Virus record (IMG/VR): IMGVR_UViG_3300047557_001236 | Span: 1-60,069 of that record | Source: a virus | Lineage: Duplodnaviria; Caudoviricetes | DNA length: 60,069 nt | Strand: one strand, 5' to 3' | Shown: in pieces, positions 17,301 to 26,396 of the stretch | Numbering within the stretch: the first letter of the stretch is position 1 | Layout of the letters: each line of letters starts with the position of its first letter | Made by a program: the position numbers and the translations under genes | Notes under the pieces: generated by a model | Databases searched by the model: none | What the model was told of the DNA's origin: nothing | What the model saw: only the letters and a program-made list of their open reading frames with translations

Positions 17301-20300
17301 TCTACTTTTTCAATAAAAGTTCTGAACTGAGGAATGCGGTTACCAGCCAAATCATTTAGCTGCCGCAGAGTAAACCCACCCAAATAATACTGACGAGCCG
17401 TGTCATTTACACTTTCAAGGAAGCCTTGCATACCATCTTTAACCATGCTCCACTCAGGGCGACCCATTAACCGCTTATCTATAGTCTTTAAGAAGTTAGG
17501 ATTAAATGGTCGATTGCCTTTTAAAGTACTTTGACCTCGAACTCTAAATGCTTTTAAATCTGCCGTTGTAGCCGGAGGAGCTTGTAGGATTATGTTGGCA
17601 TTTGCAAGGGTATAGCCCAGCACGTTATCCATACCAAATAGCTTGACGATAAAGCTAGTGAACTTATCCCACAGGCTCTTTTGAGTACCTTCATATTTGA
17701 TATCACGTAAAAACTCTTGGAAGTTTTCATTTGAAAATGCTTCCGACACAAACTCTTCAATATCTTTGAAACCGTAAGTTGAGCTCTTCTCTCTTAAAGT
17801 TTGCTTATCTGATTCAGATAAAGCTTCAAATTTATTTTTAGCGTACTCATACAAATTCTTTAGTTCTACTACAGCATCCTGCTGTTCTTTACTAAGTTTG
17901 TTAAAGTTGTCTGGATCAAGAGCGTAGCTTGTGCCCGCATGTGTTGTCTCATGTAGTAATACATATGTGCTTAACCCACCACGTTTTGGATTAAGGCTAA
18001 TAGTATTTTCGCCTCTACCGTAATAGTAAACACCAGCAGCATCTATATTGCCAACAGCTTTACGGTATGCCTCAAGTGTAGAGTTTAGTTGGCCAATAAC
18101 GGGGGGTATGGCATCATTTGCAAAAGATAATCGTTTTGACGCAAGATCTTCTAAACCCTTTAAATTATTGCGAAACACTTCTTCTCTGTCTAAAGGCTGG
18201 TCAAACATGTAATGCTTAATAAAGCCTTCACCCCATTCAAACAACTGTAAATGGTTTAGAAGAGTCCGTTTAGCTTTGTATGCACCAGCATCAATAGTCT
18301 TTTCAGCATAAGCAAGTTCATTACCAATATCTACTTTGGTTTGTAAGTTAAGACTTAAAAGTCGTTTAGCATAGTTAGATATGAACTTGACGTAGTCAGA
18401 AGCAGGACCTTTAAGTGTTTTGTATGCACCGGATACAGAGGACTCAGTTAGTAATTTAAGCGCTCCATTCAAATCATTAGCTTCTAAACGAGCTAAAACC
18501 GCAGGGTGTATTGGGTAAAACAACTTAGGATCAGGCGTATCAACTTTGCTTGGCGGCATGTATTGAGCAAGCCCAGCGTTAAATACAAAGCCTTCTGCTT
18601 TACCAGTCGGCGCACGGGATATAGTTTGAATGTATTTGCGAGCTACGCCACCTTCTTTTTTAAGCTTATCAGCTCGCTCGACTGCAGCATCGGCTCTAGA
18701 TACCATTCTTTGGTATGCAGCAACAGTAGCATCAAAACGTCTAAGTTCTCTAGCAGGTAAGTTTTCTTCAACCCACTTTCTAAATAGCTCAGCCTGTTGT
18801 TTATTTTGATCTTTGTGTATTACGCCAGAATAGCTTGTATCTTCTACACCTAAATCAAACGCTGCCGAGCGCATTGCTAAGCTGTATGTCGGATAGCCAT
18901 TTTTACCACCAAAGTAAGCATAGGCTGCTTTTTGCTCTGGAGTTCTTGTACTTGCTTGAGTGTTATCTAACTCTACCAGTGCTCTTTGTATTTGTTGCGC
19001 AAGATATGGCTCTAGTTTATTAAGCTCTTCTGTAATTTCAAAAGGCAATACCGTCTCTTCTATACCAATGCGAGAGCGTTCGTATTTGTTAAGTGCGTCT
19101 TTTAGTTGTTTACTAAAGTCGTTGATACCTCTAACAGTGTTTAAATTAGGGGCAGACGTTAACGATGCTAATGCTTCTGACTGCGATTTAACATCCATAC
19201 CTGCAAAACGCTGCGATAGTGCAGAAGTAAATACTTCTCGTTCTTTGGGCGCAATACTTAAACTATCAAAAAATTGATTTAGGTAAGCTAAACGATTGTT
19301 TAACTCAGCTCCAGTTAGTGGTGCACTGACATCAGGACCTTTTGGTGGCTCTGGGGGAGGACCTATTGGACGCCCTTTTTCATCTCTTTTTACGTAGCGA
19401 GCTACCTCTTGACTAGTCTTAAACCCAAGAAACTCGGACACATCATCAAGCATGTTTCTTACTTTATCTTTAAAAGCTACTGCTTGAGCAGGATTACCTG
19501 TGCTTGGTTTTAGGCTATTAAAGAACGCAGTTAGAGGCTTTAGTGGGCTATCTGGCGTACCAATTAGCATCATCTTTGCCCGCTCACCCTCTGGTATCGG
19601 CGTTATACCTTCAACATCAGGAACATATCCTGGAGGAGCTTCTAGTTGAAACTCGTCTGCTTTCCCTTCTATCCTACGTTGAGTGCTTTCGCCTGGTGGC
19701 TCTCCAAAGTCAAAGCCAGGTTGGCTGGGCGCACCAAAAGATTTAAATTTTTGTTCGGCTTGAAGTTCTTTAATTACTTCTTCTATTTCTTCAATGCGTG
19801 GATCATTTGGGTCAAATGCAGCTATTTTTGCTTGCTGCCCCCTTAACTCATTTAATTGATCGTCGAATTTCTTTTTTCGTACTCCAGCATCTGTAGTAGA
19901 TCCAGTAGTTCCGCCCAAGCCCGTTTCGAGAGATTCTCCAGTTCCGGTGTCAGTTGTACCTTTTCCGAGTCCTTTTTGGTCAAGTAGCGAAACGCCAGGC
20001 TCACCTCCTCCGGTGTCAGCTTCAGTACTGTATTCTCTTGCTTCATCTATCGCACTCCTTCCAGTCTCCTCCGCTACTTCTAATTGCCGTTGACGTCGTC
20101 TTTCTAGATAAGCACCAGCTCCTGCCCCCGCTACTCCAAATACTCCGCCACCAACTGCGCCACGTACGGATGACTCAATAATACGATTAAATTCTTTACT
20201 ACCCCAAAGTTCAGGGTTTTCTTGTACAAATTTTTCTGCCGTAATACTAATTGCTTCTTGAGCACCTTCAGTTAAACCTTCAGTAGCGGCACCACCAACA

Positions 20301-21106
20301 GTAGCGCCAACAGCTTTTCTAGCTACCCCTGGTGCCATACCAGAGCGCTCTAGTAATTTTTCTACTACACCTGCTTTTGCAGACGGCCCTAGTTGTTTAA
20401 GAATTGCAACAGGTAACACAGAATCCAACGCAGCCGACACCGACCCAGCTAATACAGCAGCAGCTGGCTCCATTTGTCCTGTTTCTTCATAAATATTTTG
20501 AAACACTTCTGGTGCATTAAGTGCGTAAGAACCTAAGAAAGTACCACCAATCTGCCCACGACCAACGCCTTGAGCAGTTTTCATAGCTGCATATCTTGCT
20601 CCAGCTTCAGTAGCTTCTCGCTCGGCTAACTTTTTAGCGGCTGCACTAGCAGCCATACGTCCACCAGCTACTCCAAACCCTGCACCTGGGACAAGCGCAG
20701 TTGCCATACCTGGAACTTGTTCGGCTACAGTTTCTAAAGCAAACGGTATGTAATCACCAATACCTTTAACGTCTTCTAAAGTTTTATACCTAGCACCATA
20801 TTTTTGCTCAATCTCACGCTGAGTTTGTGCAGCTTCTTCCATTTGCTTAGCCGCATATTCTTCAGCGCCAATGGCTTTGGCTGCCATGGCTGGTAATACA
20901 TCACCAAGTAAAGATCCTGTTTGTTTTGCACCACGAACAAGTGCACGCCCTGTCATACTCATGAGCCCTGTGTCTTTAGTAGGCTCTGGTTCCGTCGGCT
21001 TTAATTGTGCCTGAACAGCAGCATATGCTTGAGCATCAGTTAAATCGGTAGGTGAATCTACCTCAAACTTGCCTTGACCAGGTACATCAATCTCGTATTT
21101 AGGCAT
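14387..21106 (-). CDS. Large polyvalent/ejected internal virion protein with zincin and PLxRFG-like domains
   Basis: 2239 aa; LLHETTH...EEFVSEAF; YFPIRRFG; Gly/Ala-rich hydrophobic segments; last gene of the virion arm. Confidence 0.75.
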   Translation of the reverse strand: MPKYEIDVPGQGKFEVDSPTDLTDAQAYAAVQAQLKPTEPEPTKDTGLMSMTGRALVRGAKQTGSLLGDVLPAMAAKAIGAEEYAAKQMEEAAQTQREIEQKYGARYKTLEDVKGIGDYIPFALETVAEQVPGMATALVPGAGFGVAGGRMAASAAAKKLAEREATEAGARYAAMKTAQGVGRGQIGGTFLGSYALNAPEVFQNIYEETGQMEPAAAVLAGSVSAALDSVLPVAILKQLGPSAKAGVVEKLLERSGMAPGVARKAVGATVGGAATEGLTEGAQEAISITAEKFVQENPELWGSKEFNRIIESSVRGAVGGGVFGVAGAGAGAYLERRRQRQLEVAEETGRSAIDEAREYSTEADTGGGEPGVSLLDQKGLGKGTTDTGTGESLETGLGGTTGSTTDAGVRKKKFDDQLNELRGQQAKIAAFDPNDPRIEEIEEVIKELQAEQKFKSFGAPSQPGFDFGEPPGESTQRRIEGKADEFQLEAPPGYVPDVEGITPIPEGERAKMMLIGTPDSPLKPLTAFFNSLKPSTGNPAQAVAFKDKVRNMLDDVSEFLGFKTSQEVARYVKRDEKGRPIGPPPEPPKGPDVSAPLTGAELNNRLAYLNQFFDSLSIAPKEREVFTSALSQRFAGMDVKSQSEALASLTSAPNLNTVRGINDFSKQLKDALNKYERSRIGIEETVLPFEITEELNKLEPYLAQQIQRALVELDNTQASTRTPEQKAAYAYFGGKNGYPTYSLAMRSAAFDLGVEDTSYSGVIHKDQNKQQAELFRKWVEENLPARELRRFDATVAAYQRMVSRADAAVERADKLKKEGGVARKYIQTISRAPTGKAEGFVFNAGLAQYMPPSKVDTPDPKLFYPIHPAVLARLEANDLNGALKLLTESSVSGAYKTLKGPASDYVKFISNYAKRLLSLNLQTKVDIGNELAYAEKTIDAGAYKAKRTLLNHLQLFEWGEGFIKHYMFDQPLDREEVFRNNLKGLEDLASKRLSFANDAIPPVIGQLNSTLEAYRKAVGNIDAAGVYYYGRGENTISLNPKRGGLSTYVLLHETTHAGTSYALDPDNFNKLSKEQQDAVVELKNLYEYAKNKFEALSESDKQTLREKSSTYGFKDIEEFVSEAFSNENFQEFLRDIKYEGTQKSLWDKFTSFIVKLFGMDNVLGYTLANANIILQAPPATTADLKAFRVRGQSTLKGNRPFNPNFLKTIDKRLMGRPEWSMVKDGMQGFLESVNDTARQYYLGGFTLRQLNDLAGNRIPQFRTFIEKVEGMLDDRNQRLEKVRKIALKWQNWQKDHPELAMLLNKLMIDVTLDDRPAYISKLGARYSINKDPDKGPTYRAEVDAAWKKLDDEGRAIYRQVRDFYKDSLADYVESITENKRAQYRTVGDKIRQKAEYDKETKLLSQSPTDIGRKGTLADTHYNDLLLQDPTGVSAKAYQDALEDISKVKEYFAKHKIDVYFPIRRFGRFSVQFLEGNQKEFYMFESAGQRNRFIAKRKAELEKSLGRKLLDNEVKPRNQIQDLVNENMRDFTFLEELKNIVRSGKGESNEALKNNIEENLEQLYFLTLPDQSVRKMFIRRKGTPGMELDMLRAFTSSAFHMSYQHSRYKFSRGMFDDLATAKEAVTKFKGGREGKIDQEYVAELEKRLKYIMNPTDTGGLPAFLSNASFIWYMTSPASALVNMLGVVAVGMPVVGARYGNTKTAAKMAEMAKKFASAGFRDKEGNVAFPSLNNKDGVLTPLQQRAYDKLVVDGLFDITLSHDIVGMAEAPSNLYTGKSHTAMKWLSGLFHGAEKFNREVVGMSVFDMAYEKAKKDGYADEAAFNKAIEVTKELTYKAMFDYSTLNKPRWFQPAYAKVIFQFKQFAQQMTYLLARSVYEWQRSVLTTAQRKEIQRLDPDDPRLNMYKDIADMIRQDRRQNTPDLPPLTETELDAAVDQFIADVQIEARNRLFGTLGMTAVFAGAGGLPLWWAVAGVANALQSVFGDDEEEWDFENWFKNWCNETFGGFVGDSISRGVASQVLGGDLASRLSLNDMWFRDIRYSPDEVATFKDMVFNFLGPSAGLAINGLEAVKQYNSGHIERAFETGSPAFLKNALKSIRLASEGRATTLKGNELLGDVTGYEAGVQLLGFTPERLAQRQKSNIEMKTIEQKILNRRQALLDAFFMGIDNGDSDLVEETLDKISNFNAANPGAAINGKNLSRSVTSRYKQRALAEANGGMPLNKKLIGQLSELNDYGDPND

Positions 21107-21107
21107 C

Positions 21108-21914
21108 TTAGCCTACTTTTTTAACTGTTACGCCTTGTGGTATTGCAGCAGGTGTATTTTGAGGCGTCATACCAATAGCTCCTAAATATTCTGCAACTTT
21201 AGCATTACGTATTTCCTGAAGTTTTTGTATATCTTCTGGTTTCTTACTAAACATTAACTGTGGATAGGCTTGAGATATAAAAGTATCGGCTTTAACGTAG
21301 GCGTTGAGTCTAGCTGTGTCATCCTGAGAAGTAAGCGACCTTCTAAATTTCTCAAATGCGGCTGGATCAGTTTTAAATGCTTCATACTGACGCTCAAAGT
21401 CACTAGCTCTAGAAGCTTGAATACCAGCAACCTTGAGGGCATTTTGCATTTCAGCCACTCTAAGCTGACGATTTTCATAACTATCAAATGCTTTTTGAGC
21501 GGCGTCTCTATCACCACGAGCTTCGGCACGACGAGCTTTTTCAAGATCAACTTGCATCTTCTTAGCTTCAAGCTCCATAGCATCTTGAGTTTTACGGGCT
21601 GCCTCAACACCAGTTGCATATTCACCAAGACCAGCTGCAGCTGCCTGCATAATGCCACCAGGCGCAGGAGTAGAAGCAAATTTGAGGAACCCTTTAGCCA
21701 TAGCCATACGCTCATCACGGCTTAATCTTTCCCCGCTTTTACCTAAGCGCTCACTAATAAATTTTTCAAAGTCAGCACCAAGCTCACCTTTGGGCCCCAT
21801 TTCTTTTTGTTCTGCTAAAAAGTCGGCTGCAGTTTTTGCTTTAGTAATTGGAGATCTTGCTCCCGCAGAACTGTCATATCTCTTCTTTTGGTGCAGGTGG
21901 TTTAGCTGCTGCAA
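21108..21914 (-). CDS. Internal virion protein; probably the C-terminal part of 21874..23520
   Basis: Coiled-coil ORF with TTG start and no clear SD; overlaps the upstream ORF in +1 frame. Confidence 0.6.
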   Translation of the reverse strand: MQQLNHLHQKKRYDSSAGARSPITKAKTAADFLAEQKEMGPKGELGADFEKFISERLGKSGERLSRDERMAMAKGFLKFASTPAPGGIMQAAAAGLGEYATGVEAARKTQDAMELEAKKMQVDLEKARRAEARGDRDAAQKAFDSYENRQLRVAEMQNALKVAGIQASRASDFERQYEAFKTDPAAFEKFRRSLTSQDDTARLNAYVKADTFISQAYPQLMFSKKPEDIQKLQEIRNAKVAEYLGAIGMTPQNTPAAIPQGVTVKKVG

Positions 21915-23520
21915 CCGGAGCTGGGGCAGGTGCTGGAGATACTTTGTCTCTAAGCATTGGATTTGAAGCTAACATGCGTTCAGCCGCAACTGGAGAAGCA
22001 TCTTTTAAGAAGTTATATTGGTCAATATCTTTTTGTAACTGTAGTTGTTCTATGCGTAGCCGATCCATGGTTTGATCTCCACCACCAAACTCAGGGTTTA
22101 TCATACCTAAGCCGCCATCTGAAAAAGCAACAATACCACCACCTGCCATACCTTGTGATTCAAATGCTGGTCCACCAGCCATAGCAATACCTGATACACG
22201 AGCTTTTTCTTGCTGCATTTTTTCAGCTAATGCTTCTTGGAATATCTGACGCTCACCAGGAGTTAATGCTGGATCACGTAATCGAGCCTGTAGTTGCTCG
22301 ACAGTAAGGTCATCAGCCATGGCCTCAAGTTTTGGCTCAGATATTAACGTGCCATATTTATATCCAGGGGCTGCGCTAGCAATGCCACCTTCACGGTATT
22401 CTTTAATTGCACCGCCACCTGCTTTACCAAATAACGATGCGCCAGCACCAAGTAAGCCAATCGCTTGTTGAGTAGTAGTCGGCTGCGCCTGATAAAGCTG
22501 GGTTGTTTGAGATTGCAACGGTAAACCACGCAACATATTAGACATAAATCCTAACTGCATGAGCGGATACTGTTGTTGAATAGCGTAGTTTTGAACAGCT
22601 TGATTAATAATATCTTGCTGGCGTTGTTGCTGCAAGGCACCCATTTGCTGTTGAGACCTTAAGCGATCTAAATCAGTTGCTTGTTGAGCAGTTCCTAATT
22701 GACCTAACGTACCAGCAGCTTGTCCAGCTTGACCTAAACCTTGCAAGCTAGCTTGAAGTCCTTGTAAACCAAGTCCAGCGCCAAACTGTTGAGCTTGTTG
22801 AGCTTGTTGAAATGCTTGTTGTGTGCCAGCTGCTTGAATATTCTGTAACTGTTGATTGAGATTACGCTGGGCTTCAGACTCAACAATAGCTTGACGACTA
22901 CCACCAAACGCCCCAGCGCCGACTGCTTGAGCTTTTTGAGCTTGTAGTTGTTTAGCATAATCACGAGTAGCTTCAAACTTTTGGCGGTCAACCGCATTCT
23001 GCATATAGGGTGACATGAAAGCACCCATAGCCTCTGGGCTAGTAGCTAATGAATAATAATCAGCTCCGGTACCAGCAGCTTGTCCAGCAATACCTAACGA
23101 ACCAAGACCTGAAGCTGCAGCAAGACCAGTAGCAGGTGCAAATTGACCGGGTTGTTGTAAGTTAGCTACACCTTTAAATGCTTGTTCTTGTTGTGGACTA
23201 AATGGTGCTACATAAGCAGTAGGGTCTGTGCTGTATGGGGTATATGGTTTAAATCCAGTAATTTGTCCATCTGATGTTTCAAAAAGTTGCTTTTGTGTGG
23301 CCCCCAACATGGACTGTACATATGGCCTAGCATACTCTGGAATGTTAGTGTTATACGCAGTAGTTTGAGTAGGGGCTGGAGCAGGAGCGCCACCACCACC
23401 GCCGCCTTTACCACCACCGCCGCCACAAATGTATCCACCGCCTAGTTTGCGCTGAGTAACGCTATCGCCTAGGGGTTCGCCAAAGGCTTCTAATTCTCTA
23501 CGAGACCAATTCAGTTTCAT
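21874..23520 (-). CDS. Internal virion / DNA transfer (ejection) protein
   Basis: Q/A/G-rich; leader followed by GGGGGKGGGGG; directly downstream of the GNAT gene, as P22 gene 7 follows gene 14. Confidence 0.65.
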   Translation of the reverse strand: MKLNWSRRELEAFGEPLGDSVTQRKLGGGYICGGGGGKGGGGGGAPAPAPTQTTAYNTNIPEYARPYVQSMLGATQKQLFETSDGQITGFKPYTPYSTDPTAYVAPFSPQQEQAFKGVANLQQPGQFAPATGLAAASGLGSLGIAGQAAGTGADYYSLATSPEAMGAFMSPYMQNAVDRQKFEATRDYAKQLQAQKAQAVGAGAFGGSRQAIVESEAQRNLNQQLQNIQAAGTQQAFQQAQQAQQFGAGLGLQGLQASLQGLGQAGQAAGTLGQLGTAQQATDLDRLRSQQQMGALQQQRQQDIINQAVQNYAIQQQYPLMQLGFMSNMLRGLPLQSQTTQLYQAQPTTTQQAIGLLGAGASLFGKAGGGAIKEYREGGIASAAPGYKYGTLISEPKLEAMADDLTVEQLQARLRDPALTPGERQIFQEALAEKMQQEKARVSGIAMAGGPAFESQGMAGGGIVAFSDGGLGMINPEFGGGDQTMDRLRIEQLQLQKDIDQYNFLKDASPVAAERMLASNPMLRDKVSPAPAPAPVAAAKPPAPKEEI

Positions 23521-23950
23521 GTTTTACCCGCTCCCTAATCCAGCGACAATCAGCCTTATTCATTTCAAATACTACTAAATCACCACCATCGCAGTGCATA
23601 CCAGGGAATCGTATAGCTTCTTTAAACCCTAGTTTTTTATCGTACTCCATAGCTTTGGTATTAAGGCTATTTACAATACCAAACACTTTTTCTAACCCTA
23701 AATAATTAAAAGGATAATCAAATGCACCAAAAAGTAAGCCTTTGGGTGTATAGCCTCCTTTTAAATTAACCATGTGCATTTGGCAAGTCTTTCCTATAAA
23801 GGCTGTGTAGCCAATAACCCATTCAATCTGATTATCCTGCCCAACCCAAAATAATGCTTGAAAATCTGCACAAGGTTGCACACCCGCATGCTCAAGTAAA
23901 TAGGCTTGTGCAATGGCTTTAGCTTCATTAGATTGAGCACTTTGTAACAT
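23498..23950 (-). CDS. GNAT-fold acetyltransferase-like virion morphogenesis protein
   Basis: FDYPF..LG...V...N.KA.....KLGF..A GNAT pattern. Confidence 0.75.
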   Translation of the reverse strand: MLQSAQSNEAKAIAQAYLLEHAGVQPCADFQALFWVGQDNQIEWVIGYTAFIGKTCQMHMVNLKGGYTPKGLLFGAFDYPFNYLGLEKVFGIVNSLNTKAMEYDKKLGFKEAIRFPGMHCDGGDLVVFEMNKADCRWIRERVKHETELVS

Positions 23951-25663
23951 CTATGCTGGTAAGTATTTTTCGGCTTTAACTGCGGGGGCTTGTTTCTTTT
24001 TACCCGTCCTTGCAGCACGAATCTTATCCATCATCTTGTACAACTTACGAGCACCAGCATCGGTAGATCCATTACCCAAATGGCTAACTACATCTGCTGG
24101 AACAACAAATTCACCGTCGGCCAAACGAGCTGGTTGCTTACGTCCAATCGTTGCTGGAATATGGTCAGACATACCATCACCAGGGCCTTTAAGTAGACGA
24201 CCACCATCTGAATAATCACCTAAGTGAGCAACGCCACCTTTAGCAGCTGTGTCTGACATATCACCACCAAGAGCTTTAATACCTGTTTTTGGCATCTGCG
24301 CCATAGGAATACCAAAGCGACCCATTAATTTTTTACGGCGTAATTCAGCGGCGTCTAAAGCACTTAAACCTTTTGTAGAGGGATCTGTGTCTCTATATGT
24401 ACCAGCGTCACCTTTGGGTAAATACTGCGCAACATTACCTCCTTTATTCATACCCATAGGTTGTAAACCAGTAATTGGATTAACTGGGGTGTCATAGTCA
24501 GACGCTACAACTTCCATGCTGGCAGGGCGTTGCGTAGGTGTAGCGTAGTAAGTTTTATCAATCATTCCTTGTGGATACATGCCGGGCTGTTGTCCCATCA
24601 TAGACATACGTTCTACTGGGCCACTAGGTTGCCCACCTGCGGCTAGCTTCATAATTCCACCTTCTGCTGCATATCTATAGTCTTTATACGTAGGTGTATA
24701 AACGTTAGGTACAGCAGTATACGGTTGGAAATTGGGTGATAAAGTATATAAACCCATAGGATTTTGTTCAACTGGAACGCCTGGCATAGTCGGCGTTGTA
24801 GAAGCTGGACCCATCAAAAATGGGGTTGCCGCTGCAATAGCTTGCATGGGACGTTGTTTTACTACGTCGTAAACGTTAGTGCCAAATGTTGTTGGGCTAA
24901 ATCCCTGTGGACCAAAACCAATACCACGCTTTAAATTTTCAAAAGACATAGGGCTGGCACCGGTGGCAGCTGGAACTCTCTGAGCAAATTCTTGAGAAAA
25001 AGTAGCATACTGTTCAGGAGTTATTGCGCCTTTACTCAACAAACTAGCTGCTTGAGCAGGACTTGATATTGAAGGTATGCTTGGAGCTACGTTAGACATT
25101 GCTTGGGCTGCAGCATTAATAGACGCTGGTGTGGTTTGAGCTGCGGACAATACTTCTGGCATCGCCGAAGGTATATTTTTCATTGCTTCAGCAGCGGCAT
25201 TAATAGATGCAGGTGTGGTTTGAGCTGCTGATGTTACTGTTGGAAGTCCGGAAGTTACGGCTTGTTGTTGAACCGCTTGAGAAGCACCTTCAGCGGCAGC
25301 TTGAGTTGCACCAGCTTCAGATAGTCCTTGGAGTAGACCTGATCCACCATATGCACCAATACCGGACATTATGCCTTGCACTAAACTACCACCTGTGGCT
25401 AGAGTTAAACCACCAGCTACGGCAGCTCCAATAAATGGATTCATTGTTATAGCACCAGCAGCGACACCCGCTACTGTCGGCAAAATACCTTCTAAAAATC
25501 CGGCTTCGGGTAAACCCGTATCTGGGTTAATTGTTAAGGATCCACCATGCCGCAAAGCCAAAGCTTGAAGCCCTTTGACTTCACCTTTGGTCATGTGAAC
25601 AAGTTCGGTATCGTTATTTCTACCTTTGGATTTTAAATAGTGTGCTGTATGGTGTAATCCCAT
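23951..25663 (-). CDS. Internal virion protein
   Basis: SD GAGGTG before ATG 25663; GRNNDTELVH..INPDTGLPE; C-terminal GPGDGMSDHIPA..LADGEFVVPADVV. Confidence 0.7.
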   Translation of the reverse strand: MGLHHTAHYLKSKGRNNDTELVHMTKGEVKGLQALALRHGGSLTINPDTGLPEAGFLEGILPTVAGVAAGAITMNPFIGAAVAGGLTLATGGSLVQGIMSGIGAYGGSGLLQGLSEAGATQAAAEGASQAVQQQAVTSGLPTVTSAAQTTPASINAAAEAMKNIPSAMPEVLSAAQTTPASINAAAQAMSNVAPSIPSISSPAQAASLLSKGAITPEQYATFSQEFAQRVPAATGASPMSFENLKRGIGFGPQGFSPTTFGTNVYDVVKQRPMQAIAAATPFLMGPASTTPTMPGVPVEQNPMGLYTLSPNFQPYTAVPNVYTPTYKDYRYAAEGGIMKLAAGGQPSGPVERMSMMGQQPGMYPQGMIDKTYYATPTQRPASMEVVASDYDTPVNPITGLQPMGMNKGGNVAQYLPKGDAGTYRDTDPSTKGLSALDAAELRRKKLMGRFGIPMAQMPKTGIKALGGDMSDTAAKGGVAHLGDYSDGGRLLKGPGDGMSDHIPATIGRKQPARLADGEFVVPADVVSHLGNGSTDAGARKLYKMMDKIRAARTGKKKQAPAVKAEKYLPA

Positions 25664-25703
25664 AATCACCTCATAAGGTTGATTTGTTTGAAGTTTATCA
25701 TTG

Positions 25704-26396
25704 TTAAGCGCTTGTGGGTAGTCTAGAAACAAACGTTATTGAGCCAATTACAGATGGAACTGCTGGTCTAGCATAAGGGTCTCCTCCAGCTACTGTCCAA
25801 GCATCGTCGTGGTAAATGTATATGCCTTCTACTGGGCCGACTGAATCATAAGCCTTTTCTGTAGCCCAATATAGTTCAATTTCATCACCTGCATTAACTG
25901 CAAAAGTTACTTCTGAATAAGCAGTTAAATATGACGGGACGCCAGCGCTTTTCCGTGCTGGAATACTAAATATAGTCGCTGAATTAATTACGTCTGAATT
26001 GTTTACTTTTAACCAAAATGTGGCGTTATGAATATCATTATCCGTATTAATTAGCTGAGCGCTGTACCTAATTGTGTATATACCAGACACACCAGCCGTT
26101 GCAGAACCAGGAGCGTTTAGGGTAAACCCTGATCCAGAATCTAAAGTGTCAAAATTTACGACTGTTGGAGTATCGTCTCCTGTAGCATACTGATCGGTAG
26201 AGTCTGAGGCTGCTATATGCGGGAAACTAAGGTATCCACCACCATTGGTATCTCCTAGCCCAAAACTAAAATTATCAATTTGATTGAAATAAAGGCGTAG
26301 GGCATTATTTAACTGGTCTTGATACAGCTGAGCGTAGGCAACTGGGGCAATTAATAAATTAGGAGCTTTAGGTGGTCTTATTGGTATATAAGCCAT
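25704..26396 (-). CDS. Virion structural protein
   Basis: N-terminal helix LRLYFNQID plus beta-rich C-terminal domain; tail operon context. Confidence 0.6.
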   Translation of the reverse strand: MAYIPIRPPKAPNLLIAPVAYAQLYQDQLNNALRLYFNQIDNFSFGLGDTNGGGYLSFPHIAASDSTDQYATGDDTPTVVNFDTLDSGSGFTLNAPGSATAGVSGIYTIRYSAQLINTDNDIHNATFWLKVNNSDVINSATIFSIPARKSAGVPSYLTAYSEVTFAVNAGDEIELYWATEKAYDSVGPVEGIYIYHDDAWTVAGGDPYARPAVPSVIGSITFVSRLPTSA

